A stretch of DNA of 64,000 nucleotides from Ruditapes philippinarum (Eukaryota), in contig NW_026861878.1 of assembly GCF_026571515.1 (NCBI RefSeq), forward strand, positions 1 through 64,000, read 5' to 3'. A model generated the notes under the pieces. That model was not told where the DNA came from. It worked only from the letters and a program-made list of their open reading frames with translations, and did no database searches. The translations under genes were made by a program, and so were the position numbers. The first letter of the stretch is position 1. Each line of letters begins with the position of its first letter. Shown one piece after another: positions 49,286 through 62,822 of this stretch.

Positions 49286-51696
49286 AATGTATCACTTTCG
49301 CTGCAGAATTTAACCTTGTTTTGTTATTATCCGAAGTGACCTTCACATTGGTCAAATTAACTAACGGTTTCCGGTCTCCGGTTTCTACCGGTTAGTCTCA
49401 AGAATCCCGTTCCATATAATACGGTATTATCTAGGAATACATGTATTTGGACATGCATACTTTTTATTAGCATTTAAAATAATATCATTGTACATTTTCA
49501 CCCAATATTAAATTTCATAATCGTTCCTTTCCCAACATATTAATCAAGAATATAAAAACTATATATAGAAATTCGTTTCAATGGCAAAAATTAAATATCA
49601 ACATTATCATGGGTTTTTTCATTGTTCAATATTGCATATTTTAAGTCATGCGACTGTTGAAATTAAGATGTATACTCAACATCACTAATTCCGCGTCATC
49701 ACTTATTTCACGGTAGTGGCATATTTTCATGTGACCAGTATTTTAAATCTCTAGATTTTTACGTAAAACAGAACAACATTTTACAAATTTCTGCAAAAAG
49801 CAACAATAGTCCATTAAATTTGTGCGTATGTCTGAAACAATCATCATTTTCTAAATATTCTTGTTTGTTGAAAAGATAAATTTTGAGTTACAAAGTAAGG
49901 ATAATTTTAATATTTAAAATCAAGCAAAATAACATTAGAAATTTAACTGAAACATGAAAAAACGTAAATGTTACACCATTACCGCGATTTAAATGATGAC
50001 ATACTGTTTTCAAAACGGCCGACATATGGTCTACATTTGGTCTATTAAAATTGACTTTGACTGAATATATTGTTGTTTCCTTGTGTCATACAGCAGAAAA
50101 TACCTATATGTTATAGCTTATGACAATTTTTGTACCATAAGTTTCATTTGTTGTTTTCTTTCTGGGTTCAAAGCGTTAAGTACCGTGAACTAAGATCGAG
50201 GAGCACAGTATAAAATGCGTTTTAATAACGATAGCAAAACGTTCTGCCTCTGAATAACAGAGGTTAAAGCTCTGACAGAGCACTGCTGAGGCTGACATTT
50301 TCTGTTTCGTTACGTCAAGACTAGCTTTAAATACTTTTTCCCATTTTAAGTTGATGGTTTCCTTTATTTAAATACTTTTTAATGGGTTATAAAATATATT
50401 CACATTTTACCAAAAAATAAAATGAATAATACTAATACAAGTTAATGATAAAAAAATACATTAAATACAGCAATACAACAATTGAGCGATGCAAATAAGA
50501 ATTATTTCAAGTAAATGAATGAAATAAAAAGAATCTTATCACAATGTCTCAATTAAGAAGGATAGTTCGCAGGAATTTGGAAGAAAAGAAAATGTTAAAA
50601 CTTAATGTAAAACTCTCAAATCCCTTTTATACCACGTAAAATACGATTGGGCATATACAAACTGTTCACAAAATTGATACGAACATAGCCGAATTTTCTC
50701 GGACGTGAATTTCCGCTACAAGAGTACGTACGTTACGCTACCATCCAATGCAATACAATAGCAGACGTCACGGAAACAAAACGACAATTGAGCATGCGCG
50801 GACATTCACTATAATTATACTGTATTTTCCCGCGCTTAATTGACAAATAGCTAGTGCACGGCAAAATGAACCCGTGACATAAATATGTTGTGGTTTTTTA
50901 TGTCCATGGGTTTGGCTTGATGATGGTTGGGACCCCATTGGAAATAAGCACATCAGATCACTCTTAACAAAACCATTGTATTGAAATTTTATTATTATTT
51001 TTTGTCTTTTAAAATCTATGTTAAACTATTTAGTTTTATTTGTCATGTCTATCAGTAACTTTAAACAATATTCTGTGCTTATTATTATTCTGACTTGTTG
51101 TAGTCATAATCTGAACTGTGAATTTTTTAAATAATTTTATCAAATGCCTCATCTTATATTGTATGTATATCCTTTTTATGTAACTGTGATTTATGTTAAC
51201 ATTGCAAAAATAAAATAAATAAATAAATACTATATTGTAATGATTATGGACAGACTTTGATGATATAAATACAGTAAAGTAGTCATATTTGTATTTGATA
51301 AAAGAATGTGTTTATATGCAGGCGATACATGTGATCTTCTTCTTCTTCCAGTATACTTGCCACCTTCAACTAACTAAAGTTTACTGCCAGGTTAATGGGT
51401 TGATGTCTAGTTTATACCTAAAATAATATTCTTTCAATATCTAAAATTTCTCTTGTGTTTCCTTCTCGATGAAATCTTAAAATTTATAATCAATGAACTT
51501 CTTTCAAGTTTTTAATTATTTACAGTATTTATTACTTTTTTTTGGTCAAACAATTTTTTTAAACAAATATTAGCTCTATTAATGCTATTTTTATCATCAT
51601 GCTTTTCCCGTCAAATTGAAATTTTAAAAATCAAATTCATCACAATTATTTTCGCTACTTCTGTAGTTCCTTTGGGTTAATAAAAAGATACCGAAA

Positions 51697-54600
51697 ATGG
51701 ACGACAACATTGTACATTTAAATGTTTGGGGAGGAGATTGGGATCTTCCATCCGTTGATCCAAACTGTCTTGCTGCGTTGGTAAACATAATCAAACTTTT
51801 ACACGACTCTTTTGTAGATCAGTTAAAACAATCATTATTAAATCCTCCAGTATGATGCACACAATAAATATATATTGGTGACCTCTTTACCCCACCCATT
51901 TCTGTCAGTGGTGTATAGTGTTCGGATAGGCAATATTTTGGATATCTCTATAAGTAAAAAGCGAAAAGAAGAATGAAAACTTTATTATTGTTGATGAAAA
52001 TGTTGTTCTTAGGTACTAAATAAAGAAGAGGCTACATTATCATAAATTTAGGATCATTCTTCCCTAGCATGCCCTCTGACTGTTCTTTTAACTAAATAAT
52101 ATGTATAGAAAGCCTAATTGGGGCCTCAGGCCCAGCAAGGACTGTAGCCCTCTTAGATAACATGTATGACATGAATGTATTATATTGAAATCATTTTAAA
52201 ATTAAAAAGTTCAGACTGTTCTGACGATTTTTACTGTGCATGCATGTACCCCTAGCCTTTTGGTTCTTATGTGTGCATGCAGAATTGTGTGCATGAATCA
52301 TGCACTGAAGGGCATTCTGGACATATGTGATTTACACAGATTGTTACATGTATATCAAATATTTATGTAAGCTTTAACCACTTACAAAAGGTGAACATTA
52401 TAGCATTTTTCTCCGTAGTGCTAGAATAAATTTAAATACTTGTGTTTCTTTTTTCACATTTTCAGGCATACTGCAGGTTTTCTGGTGTACCTGTAAAAGT
52501 TCATAAAAATACTAATCCATGGAGGTCGCCGTCAGGTGAGTAGTAGCAATTTAAGCAGTTTAACAAAATAAGTTTGAAGACTTCTTTTAGGAGATAACTA
52601 AGCTATTTCGTTTGTAAAATGTTAAGGTCAATAAAAGATTTCTACTCAGACAAAAAACTCATTCAGATTTTGACTGAAATTATTTGATGTAGTTTCTTGT
52701 GCATGTTCATAAGACATTAAAATATTTATTAATATCTAAGCTACAAGGTATTTTGTTCGTTCTATATATAAAGTGATTTTCAGTGTACAGTCAAACATGT
52801 AAGTAAAGGCCATCTGAAGGAAGGACCACACATGACCTTTATAGAAAAGTGGTCTTTATTTGGAGTATACTCTGTTGTATTTTTATCAATAATATTTGTC
52901 TTTATTTACAATATGGTCTTTATTTTGTAGGTGGTATTTAACACAGGTTGGATTTTAAATGCAATCATTGTGTATTTAAATGATGATTATAGCTTTTGAT
53001 GTTATGAGTGATGTATGATAAGGGCACAATATTTTCTTCTTTATAGAATTTATAATATCTTCATTTCAGGTACATTTCCATGGTTTATAATATCATTATT
53101 TCAGGTACATTTCCATGGTTTATAATATCACTATTTCAGGTACATTTCCATGGTTTATAATATCATTATTTCAGGTACATTTCCATGGTTTATAATATCA
53201 TTATTTCAGGTACATTAATAATATCATTATTTCAGGTACATTTCCATGGCTCAAACATAACAACAATAATGAGACAAAAGTTGCAAATATTTTCAGTTAT
53301 CTGAGAAAACAGGTCAGTTTATAATTTTGTTGAAGCCTAAAGGCTAAACAATTAAAAAAAATGATAATTGGAAAATATGATTTATGTTATGTATTTTATT
53401 CTATGTATGATATAATTACCTATATGATATATTGCTGATACATGTATTGAAAGAAAATTAATTAAAACAAACTACATCAAGACAATTTTTGAAAAAAATA
53501 CTGAATTTAAGGATGGTAATCATTTACTGTTCCTATTTTGTGAATTGTTATAAAATCTTTTCTGTCCAGCAGTTTTGAATATGTATTTTATGTTGCTTTT
53601 ATTTACTGTCAGAATATGGGTAGCTTAACTTTTCAAAAAACAGGTGCTGATGGTTTTCTACTGGCCATGCTTGAGGAAAAAATTTTTCCCGGGTTTTGGG
53701 ATCACCTTTCATCTTAACTCAAGTTCATCACTAGTAAATTATATCTTAATTAGCCTGTTTAAATTATTCCCTTATGAAAATGTTGAAAATGTCCTGTTTT
53801 ACATGTACATGTTGGTTGCTATTTTAATCATTGACAGCTATGGTTTTACATCACTGGGCTCTTGCTGCCATGGGTTTAAATCTTTACAAAGATAAAGTTC
53901 TTTTTCAAAATTTTGTGTTTGAAATGGTCCGATAAAGATGAAAAGTTGCATGAAGATGTTAAATTGTGCTTGAAGTAAAATTATTTTCTATACCTTTAAC
54001 ACTTACTTTTAAGTGATCGTTTGTTAATTGGTAGCTTAAAATAGGTAATTATTTGTAGGTTTTACATGTCAACTATTTTTGTACATATACCTTTAACAAT
54101 TTAACATTATTCCTGGAGGCTGATTTGACAAATTTGTTTATTTTAGTTACACCTGTGGTGGCTAGAGAGTGAGACATACACAAATATAACACGACCATGG
54201 TATACAAAAGCAACCATGTTTCCTTTTAAACTGTGGCTGCCAGGTACAATCTTTAGTAAAGCAGAAAAGAGGGTTTATGTAGCACAGGGAACAGAAAATA
54301 TATCAGAAGCTGATATTAATTCAAAGGTATTTTGTTTTGTCTTTGATTAGTAACATGTTTGGTAATTAGAAACTTAAAGTAACCCTGTTATGCCAAGTGG
54401 TTGATATTATTGACTTCAGGCCTCTTGCCCCTCACAGGCAAAATTCTTGAAAAAGATTAGTTTTCCCAAATAAAGAAACTAGGTAAATTGAAGAAGTGGC
54501 CTTGTGGTCTGAGTACCATAATTCTTTGAAGATCTTTCTAAAAACTTTACCTTAAAGGCACATTGTGCCTCAGAAATGAATATTTTTTTCCTGTATAAGA

Positions 54601-56918
54601 AAGGGCAAACATCAATTTATAACATTTAAATAATGGTTTTAGCATATGCTGGGTGCTTATCTCCTGAAGAAAGTAGCACTAAATGTTAAATTATTTGTCT
54701 TAAAAGAAGCAAACTATTTTGACTTCCATGCAAAATACTAAGTCTTTACGATACTAAACTGTACTAATTCCTGAAAAGCAACAGAAGCAAAATATGGTTC
54801 AGGTAATTGGCCAATTAGTAGCTTTTTGGAAACTATATGACACTTGAGAAATAAAAGTAAAACCATGTTAAGGTATAATGGTCTTTATTTAACCATTGCC
54901 ACAAGGCTCTAGCCCTCGATTCAGTAATACATATTTTCATTTCTGTAAAGAATTTACTGCTGTAATACTGTTAATATTACACTAGTACACCTTAAAAAGA
55001 CATCTATGTTGCACTTTTAATTTAACTGCAGAGCATTGTCTTGTTGTCATTTCAGATTTATAATGATGCTAAAGTTTGTTTAACTCAACTATCAGCCAAA
55101 CTAGGGGATCAAGAATACTTTTTTGGAAATCTGTAAGTGATCATTTCTCCTTAATAGTGACTTCATGCAATTTTATAATGCTGAAGTTAATGGCATTATT
55201 TTAAGTATTTGTTACCTGTTCTGGTTATTTTTCTGAAACAAAGTCACATGATATATCTGTGGCTAAACAATTAGTATATTAGTGTTTCAGTTTATAAAGC
55301 AAAGCTTCTTTACCTGTCAGATATTACTTAATAGTATAGTCAAGTAATCATAAAAGTCCATGAACTTTCAAATGTATGGACAATATTTTATAAAAGATGA
55401 AGGTAAATGGCTGCTTATGAATCCTGTAAGACAGGGATGGTGGTCTTTGGTCTTATTACACTTAAGTTAAAATCACACTGTTTTTACAAGAAATGTCTCA
55501 GCTCACCACTTACTTCAAGAGTCCTTGGTTACACTAAATTTTTTTGACTGTTGAATGGACATAAACCATAATTATGTTACATATATCTGAAACAATTACA
55601 AAACCAAATGAAGGGTATTTCTACAAAATAAATTCAGCTACAAACTCCATGTTAGAAATTCTGTCAAGGAAAATATAACATTTTTCACGTAAGGTGTATA
55701 TATAACATGATTTCTATGTTGTTTCAGGCCATCATCATTGGATGCTCTTGTGTTTGGATACCTGGCTCCGTTACTAAATGCTCCCCTGACTATGAACCAG
55801 TTGACCACTCATCTACGTACGAATTGTGATAATTTATGTATACTATGCACCAGGATATTAAGAGAATTTTTTCCCATGACACCTCAAGGTATGTCTAATA
55901 TAGTTTTACATAAAGAGTATAAGGACTGGTCAGTAATTTTGTACATGATTATAGTCAGCACAGTTGTGGTGTGTCCCTGGATGATAGATTAGGATCATTG
56001 ACTTCAAACTACTGCCCCCTATCACTGTTAGTTGAAATTCCAGCAGGAACTTCAAATTCATTCATATGAGGTAACTATCCAGCTTACTTTTGGACTGTCT
56101 TTGGTTCTACTCTGGTGCCTGAAATATAATGCACTTAGGGGCACCTGAGGTCTTCTCCACCAATAGGCTTTAGGCTGGATGTATGCGATATGACCGTATA
56201 TGCAAAAAAGAGAATTAATATTAATGTCTAAACACTGATCATCTAAAAATAAATATTTATGAAGTTAGATATATGGAAAAAAATCTCAATGCAGAAATGT
56301 TAATATAAAAAATTATTTTATTTCATAATTTGTTTTATCCAGTAATAGTTTAAGATTTCAAGTAGAATAATCAAACAAACAGACATATTTATAATTATGT
56401 TGTCAACTCCTTAATTACAAAAACAAGCCTTTTTAGGTCCACTTTTCTTAGAAAATGTGTAGCTGTTTTCATAATCTACTTACCGGCACTTGGTAAGGGT
56501 ATTGGTCCTTTTATTTGTTAATCTTTGTGGTTAAGTTTTCATTTATTGTTATCAACTATAGTACTTGAACAATGCTATTACCAGTTTTCTATCCACTGTT
56601 TTACTGAGAAAAGTGAAGGGAACTGCTCTTGGGGCAGCTCTTGTTTAGAAAGGGGGTTCAGATTATGATTGTACATTTATGTAGTAATGGTGAAGTCTTG
56701 TTGACGATTTTCTTTATTATTTTCACCTATAAACAGAAGCTGAACAAAAAGAAGAGGAAAGAAAGAAGCAGACTGAGTCTAACAATAATGAGTTTCCAAA
56801 CAGGAAGAGGAACATGATACTGGCTGGGGTATTTGCTGCAACAACCATGGTTACTTACGCATTTATGAGTGGACTTATACGCTTCGAAGTTATAGATGAT
56901 GATGATCCATTAAGTTAA
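51697..56918 (+). CDS. MTX1: Metaxin-1 (mitochondrial outer membrane SAM complex), 8 exons; exon 4 poorly resolved
   Basis: Exons 51697-51780 (VWGGDWDLPSVDPNCLAAL), 52466-52535 (NPWRSPSG), 53236-53312, ~53613-53697 (GAD...MLEEK, no clean donor), 54147-54326 (TRPWY), 55056-55132 (LGDQEYFFG), 55728-55888 (PSSLDALVFGYLAPLL), 56737-56918 (FPNRKRN plus a C-terminal TM helix typical of MTX1). Confidence 0.88.
53049..53250 (+). repeat. 35-bp tandem repeat spanning the MTX1 exon-3 splice acceptor
   Basis: Unit tttataatatcattatttcaggtacatttccatgg, about 6 copies (one shortened); the last copy runs into exon 3. Confidence 0.92.
55965..56200 (+). mobile_element. Degenerate tRNA-headed SINE (related fragments near 54390-54440 and 58235-58330)
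   Basis: Shared motifs gacttca...ctgccccct and ggttctactc...gtgcct...ggggcacctgaggtctt. Confidence 0.5.
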
Positions 56919-59111
56919 ATGAGCAATAAATTAAACATTTATTTGTTGACCCTTTGGGTGAAATTGTGGAAATATAGGGAGTTATTTTGATAAGTTGTTA
57001 AACATTTTTAAAGATCATCTTACAACCATACTATTATTTATGATTTTTCAACAGATGAAATATGAATAATTTTATGATTCTTGTTTAAGTGTCAGTGTTT
57101 GGTAATATCAAGTTATCTCTGTCTAGATAAAATAAAAGTGAAAAAGATATAAATATTGTTAATGTTACAATAGCTTGTGTTAATTTTTGTCATCCTTGTT
57201 GTGAATGTGTACAGATGTATACTTCAAACATAACTTTTGTTTAAACCAGTTAATTTACTGTGAAAACTTATTACTTTTATCGGCTAAAATATTCAGCCTG
57301 CAGAATATGATCACTGCATGAATGTACATTTTGTCCCAGCCTGTGTCAGAAATATATATGGGATTTACCATAGAAAATTGAAATACTGTATTGAATGAAA
57401 CCATGTATGTCTCCATTGTATTGATATGAGATTATTTTCCATCAACATATTGTATGCAATATTACATTACAAAAGATAATTCTTTAACCTTTGAATAATA
57501 GATACTTTCCACATAGCAGTTATTACCTCCCCTGGTTGCCAATTTGGGGGTCATCCAATATATTATTTGCTTAAGTCTTAAAGATTAGATAAGTCTGTCA
57601 TAATTCTATGAACTTCATGAAAACTGATACAAATATTTTACATACCGGTGCTATGATAATATTTTGCTGCATATGTATAAAATAATTCGACAATTAATGT
57701 AAAGTGGCTGTTTATATTGATTTTTTCATAGTTAGTCAATTACATGTATATAGAATATTAATATTGGACCCCCCATACAAATGGGTGCCACTTTTGGCAA
57801 GGGAGGTAAATATTGTAAAAATGGGGAACGATCTATAGATCTGAGGTAATTAGGCTAAACTGTCGGGAAATGCATTCTAACTGTAGGATATGTTGATAGT
57901 GAAATCACAGAAAATATTAATGCACACTTCCAGACTACATGTTTATACATGACAAAGTCTTAAGACATTTAGTAAGGCATGGATAAATGTTACAGGTTGT
58001 TAATAAAAAAACTTTTAACATTTTTATAAAAATATCTTTCTGAAGCTTTTTTACAAACTAAATGTAAAAAAGTCTTTTAAAATGTACATCTTTATATCTT
58101 GATAAATTTTGTGTGGAAAATAAAAAAGCAATTAAAATGTAAATATTTGCTAAATGGCTTCATTATTTAGCTCATATTGCTTTGTTGTATTAAATGCTTT
58201 TACCTTTATTTAAAGTTATTATCTTGATGAGAGAATGTATGTAGGTCTACTCCAGTGCCATCTGGTGCCTAAAACAATTTGTGGGGTAGCAAATGAGGTC
58301 TTCCTTCACCTGTGAAGCTGAAGCATTTCCATGTCACAAAACTCAATTTTAAAGTCAGTTTTATTGCATTTGTTATCATTTACATATTTTCAAATTGTTA
58401 TTTTCAGATATTTTCTATATGAACTTGTATGATAAAAATGTGATTTTTCAGACCTTTCAGACGCTTTATGCGACCAAAATATACAGGTCTAGTCTGCATG
58501 AACATGTCATATTCTTTTCTGCTTATTAGAATAATCTGGATTTTGATATTGTCTAAAAATCTATGTTTTTCGATTGCTTTGAAGAGATGTATTTTATGAG
58601 TTTTTTACTGTATTTGTTGTAAAACATTTGGAACATTCTGGCACATGTATTTTAGTGATAGTAAGATTATTTTTTCTGTCATCAAATGACTTTAAAACTG
58701 GTTTTCTGTTGTTTTTTTTATTGGATACATGTATATGAACAATAAATTGATTGATAATTTGACATACCTAGTCTTCACAACTTTTATTGCTTTTATAAAA
58801 CAATAAAACACTTGTGGATTCAAGATCAAAATTCTAGCATGTGTAATACTAACTGAAACACCAGTATCATATCCAAGAATAATATTTCAGTAAGGCATTA
58901 CCAAATAACAAGGTAATGTATTCACTGTTTTCACCTATATGAGTGAAACTAACAATCCATTCAGATTCATTCTTTGAGTGGCATGAAAAATTGTGACTGA
59001 TAAGGTTGGACCTCAAGTAAGTTGGACGAAAATATGGTCTATAAACAAAAGTACATTGTATAACCAAAACACAGTAAGTAGAATGTAGTACATGTTACAA
59101 CAATATATGAT

Positions 59112-59235
59112 AAGCCTGCAGGACAGGGCGGACCGTGAGACGGGGCGGACCATACCAGGGCGGACCGTGACTCGAGACTAGGCGGACCATATTTTGGGAC
59201 AGGGCGGACCGTCACTCGAGACTAGGCGGACCTTG
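59112..59235. repeat. Array of ggcggacc motifs, probable DNA-transposon subterminal repeat
   Basis: Six ggcggacc units, including two gggcggaccgt(g/c)actcgagactaggcggacc blocks. A noisy similar array lies at about 63644-63720. Confidence 0.6.
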
Positions 59236-60339
59236 ATTTAAAAAAGTATTTATATGTGTACTAATGTAATAATATGACTCGCCATTAAAACTGGATCGGG
59301 TTCCTCCCTGGGAAAAAAAAAGAAATCTGCATGTTAAATGTTGACTTCTTTAACATGCACGAGTAATAATTTCTGCTCCATTTGTTGTCCGTGGGCAATT
59401 GGCAAAAAATCATATTTTCAGTTTACCACACCCCTGGCTTTTTCATTAATGGACTGAGAAACGTGCAATTAAAAGAACTACGCACGTTTATTATGGATAT
59501 GCAACAAGAAAATACAACAAGGATCAACAATGCTAAGTAACATTCAGAGAATGCAGTCCCCACACTGGACTACCGCAAAGGCACTCAGTAGGGTACCCAA
59601 CAAAAAGCAAGAGAGGGCACAAAAGCCGGAACATAGAGTAGTCGTGCAAATAAATGATAAGATTTGAACAGTACAGAAACCACTAAAATTTTAAAGCCGT
59701 ATAAAACATTTTAAAAGCAAGTGAAATAACACAATGGTATAAAATATTCAAGGAAAACACGGGTGGGAATCACGTGACTTTGTATAGTAATACCCACGAG
59801 AAAATGGCTACTGCTGAGCCCCGGTAAGTACCTTGTTATGTTAAATTAAGGTGACAAACGTTTCTTAAATCAAAACAAAACCTAGCGTATCATATGCGCG
59901 GTAATTTTCTTCAAATGACAATACAAAGTGCATTATCCTACGTTTTGTGGTTTTTGAGAACATTGTTTGAATTGTGTGAAAATTGCACATTCAGCGATAG
60001 TAATTCGCACGAAGCGATATAATTTGGTACCAAAATCAATGAAAATAAGCTTACCTTCTGCACTTAAGAGACAAAATCAATCATTTTATTGACATCTGTT
60101 AGGCCTATCGTAGAAGTCCATATAAAATATTTTTTTGAAGGTCTGTAGCCTACAAATGTTCTTTGCAAGTGTTTACACTGTAAATGAGGAGAACACCGGA
60201 CGCGTTCACACTTGTTCAATTTTGGAACATTGTGCGTTTATTTTTTGAATGCCTGTGTTCAGAAAGGGGGTTCTATTTACGAGTTGAACACTTATCATTT
60301 GAACGTCAGCGTTCAATGGTAGTCCTTCTGACTAGACAA

Positions 60340-61430
60340 CATGAAAGAATTTAAGATTTTGACTATTTGGGTAAGTTTTTTGGTCAATATATTGTCAGTT
60401 GGGGTTACATTTACGCAATTTAACAAGTAATGGTGCTTTAATAATTAAAACATTATAAAGCGGAACATGATATGAACAGTAGCGTTCATCGAATGTTCTA
60501 ATTGAGAACGTTTCTAAAAATAGATTTGTCTGCTGTTTTTACTAAAATCATTAAACGTTTTATTAAAAGAGGTTATGACCCTACTATTTTAAGACATACT
60601 GCATGTTTAGTGTTCAACCCTTTTACAGTTGGACACTACGCTTTCCTCTTTTGATTGCATCTGACGGACCAAGTGGGAGACTCTATGATGGATAGTTCGT
60701 AAAGCCCTTTGGGACTGAATTGTCTTAATGTTCGTCTTCTGCCTTGCTTCGTCGGGCCCTTGTAGGTGATTTTCTTGTTGCTCTGTCTTCCTTTAGGACA
60801 TTGAGTACTTTTGTTATGGTCATTGGGTTTACTTTTATATGTTTCTACATGATCATTTTAGTGTTTTACTTATTTAACCTTTTGTAACCATGACAACTGT
60901 TAGAATTTCACTTGGCGGGGATTCATTTTATTTACACTGTCTCGTTTATAGGAACATGGTGGGGCTAAGAGCGAGGTTTGGTGCACCATTAACCGGTTTA
61001 AACTCCCCAGCAGTCATTATTATGCTGCTGACCGTTCCAAGGCGGCGCCCCACTGTGTTCCTCAGATGTATGTCTATGTTGTTTCATACTGTTTTGGTGA
61101 CACTTTTGCTTGTGTCCCTTGTTGTTTTCTCGTCTACGGTAAGTATCTTCCCCATTGCCTCTAGTTTTTATTTCTTTGATTACTCCCCACCCCCTCCCCC
61201 GGTCTCCTGTCCCCTTCCCCTTTGTGGGCCTATTTTTATTTTCTTTGAATTCCTAATCAGTTACAAATTAGTTATCATTTAATGATTAACCTGTCCGTGC
61301 TCTGTCTTTGCCCTGTCCTGTTTTTGTTTGGGGTCCCCCTGGGCTCCTTGCCATTGGTTCTTGTTGCTGGGTCATGTGGGGGTTGCGTTCATTGAACGCC
61401 GCCTTTCCTTGTTGATCTTGTTTATCATAT
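60340..61430 (+). mobile_element. 3' remnant of a Penelope-like/non-LTR retroelement
   Basis: 60538-60654 translates FTKIIKRFIKRGYDPTILRHTACLVFNPFTVGHYAFLF, followed by a T-rich 3' region; a paralogous copy lies at 1-630. The family assignment is from memory. Confidence 0.6.
60951..61061 (+). ncRNA. Candidate twister-like self-cleaving ribozyme, permuted (opened at P5)
   Basis: Manual folding: closing stem 60951-60964/61048-61061 (14 bp); P2 gagc/actc; GAGG 60973-60976; P1 ttggt/accgg; UAA 60999-61001; CC 61006-61007; P3 cagcagt/gctgctg; P4 ccg/cgg around the 8-nt loop UUCCAAGG. Confidence 0.55.
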
Positions 61431-62426
61431 TTTGTGACAATTTCTGACGTCATTCAAGTACTACAACAACAACAACAAGTAAGCGTTGGCGAACTGACTA
61501 AAATTGAAGAAAAAAACGGTAGACTATTAACTTTTACTTCTTTAGCATTATTTTTATCCATAATTATTTTATTTTTCTGAAAAGAACTAAGTCGTCATAT
61601 TGTTGTAGTCTAGTTATTAATTAACATGTCTCCTTATATACAAGGAGAAGATCTATATGTGATATTGTAGATTTTTTCTGAGTAGTCGGGGGTTATTTAA
61701 ATGCAAAGATTAATGAATTATTTAGAAATTGTGTATAGATCTTTGTATGATATAGATTTCTATTTCGTTGCTTTAGCCTATATTTTAATAGGATAGCCAG
61801 TAAGTAGTGTTGTTTCAAGCAGTGATGAAAGATTTGAACTATACTGTAGATCTACAGAAACTGGAGCAGAAATAAGGGGAGCTTAACATATACGCAGACT
61901 GCATTTTCCAGCAGACAGTTATTCGTTCGCAGAATATGACGACAACAAAATAAATAATTTTGTCTGGGCGCTTTCAATATATGCAGTAACGTATAAATGC
62001 AAGCGTTTATTAACTAGTTGAAATTGGCTAAATGCCGGACCACGGACCCGGTAAATTTCATTTCTCATTAAAATTATAGTGGAGCCCACGGTAAACATTC
62101 CGTACATTTTTATACTGAATTGACGGTTTATAGTCTGTATATCTGACTTGTGTTGAAATCAGCGACGGTGAAATTCTTGCGTCACAAAATACGCACTAAC
62201 TAAATTTCATTGCGTCATGGCTGAAAATAGTGCGCCAAAAACGCGCTCTGGCAGAAACACTGTTAATAATTAACAAAACTAATTCTAGTATGAACATTGT
62301 GTTACATTAATTATAAATAAGTTATTGTCAATTCATTGGTGTAGTTTCTCAATATTTGTCAATATTACGTTTAAAGATGAATTTTAAATTACAGAAAATA
62401 TTTTTGAAATATTTTTACAATTACAG

Positions 62427-62592
62427 TTCTCACAGACAGTCAAAGGTTGAAAACAAATCAGAAGTGGTCCACATCTTGAAAAACCTCACAGCAGATTAAG
62501 ACTTTCCCCGAAATTTCCCTGTAAAACCAGCAGTGGTATGTCCAATTCAGTAGATACTGCCTGGCACAAAAGAGGATTTGACAGTTTAACAT
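62427..62592 (+). pseudogene. Exon-like transposase remnant (Kolobok/Mutator-like D-x-x-W-x-K-R-G motif)
   Basis: Bounded by ttacag and gtaagt. One frame reads SNSVDTAWHKRGFDSLT, but all three frames contain stops. Confidence 0.4.
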
Positions 62593-62608
62593 GTAAGTAA
62601 AATAAGAT

Positions 62609-62822
62609 TATTTTTATGCCCCCACAATGTGGGAGCATATAACGTTGCACTTGTCAGTTCGTCCCAAAATCTTGTGAACGCAACTCCTCTTAAACCGGAC
62701 GGCAGATTTTGCTTAAACTTACAGGGATGAACAACCTTAATGTGTAGATGGTAGTTAAGGAAAGAATTTTCGCTGCGACCAAATTTAACAGAATTATGGC
62801 CCTTTGTTGATTTTTTACTATA
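62609..62822 (+). mobile_element. Partial HINE-type element end
   Basis: T-run followed by the hairpin atgcccccacaatgtgggagcat, a gtc-type microsatellite remnant and cttgtgaacgcaactcct. Confidence 0.5.
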
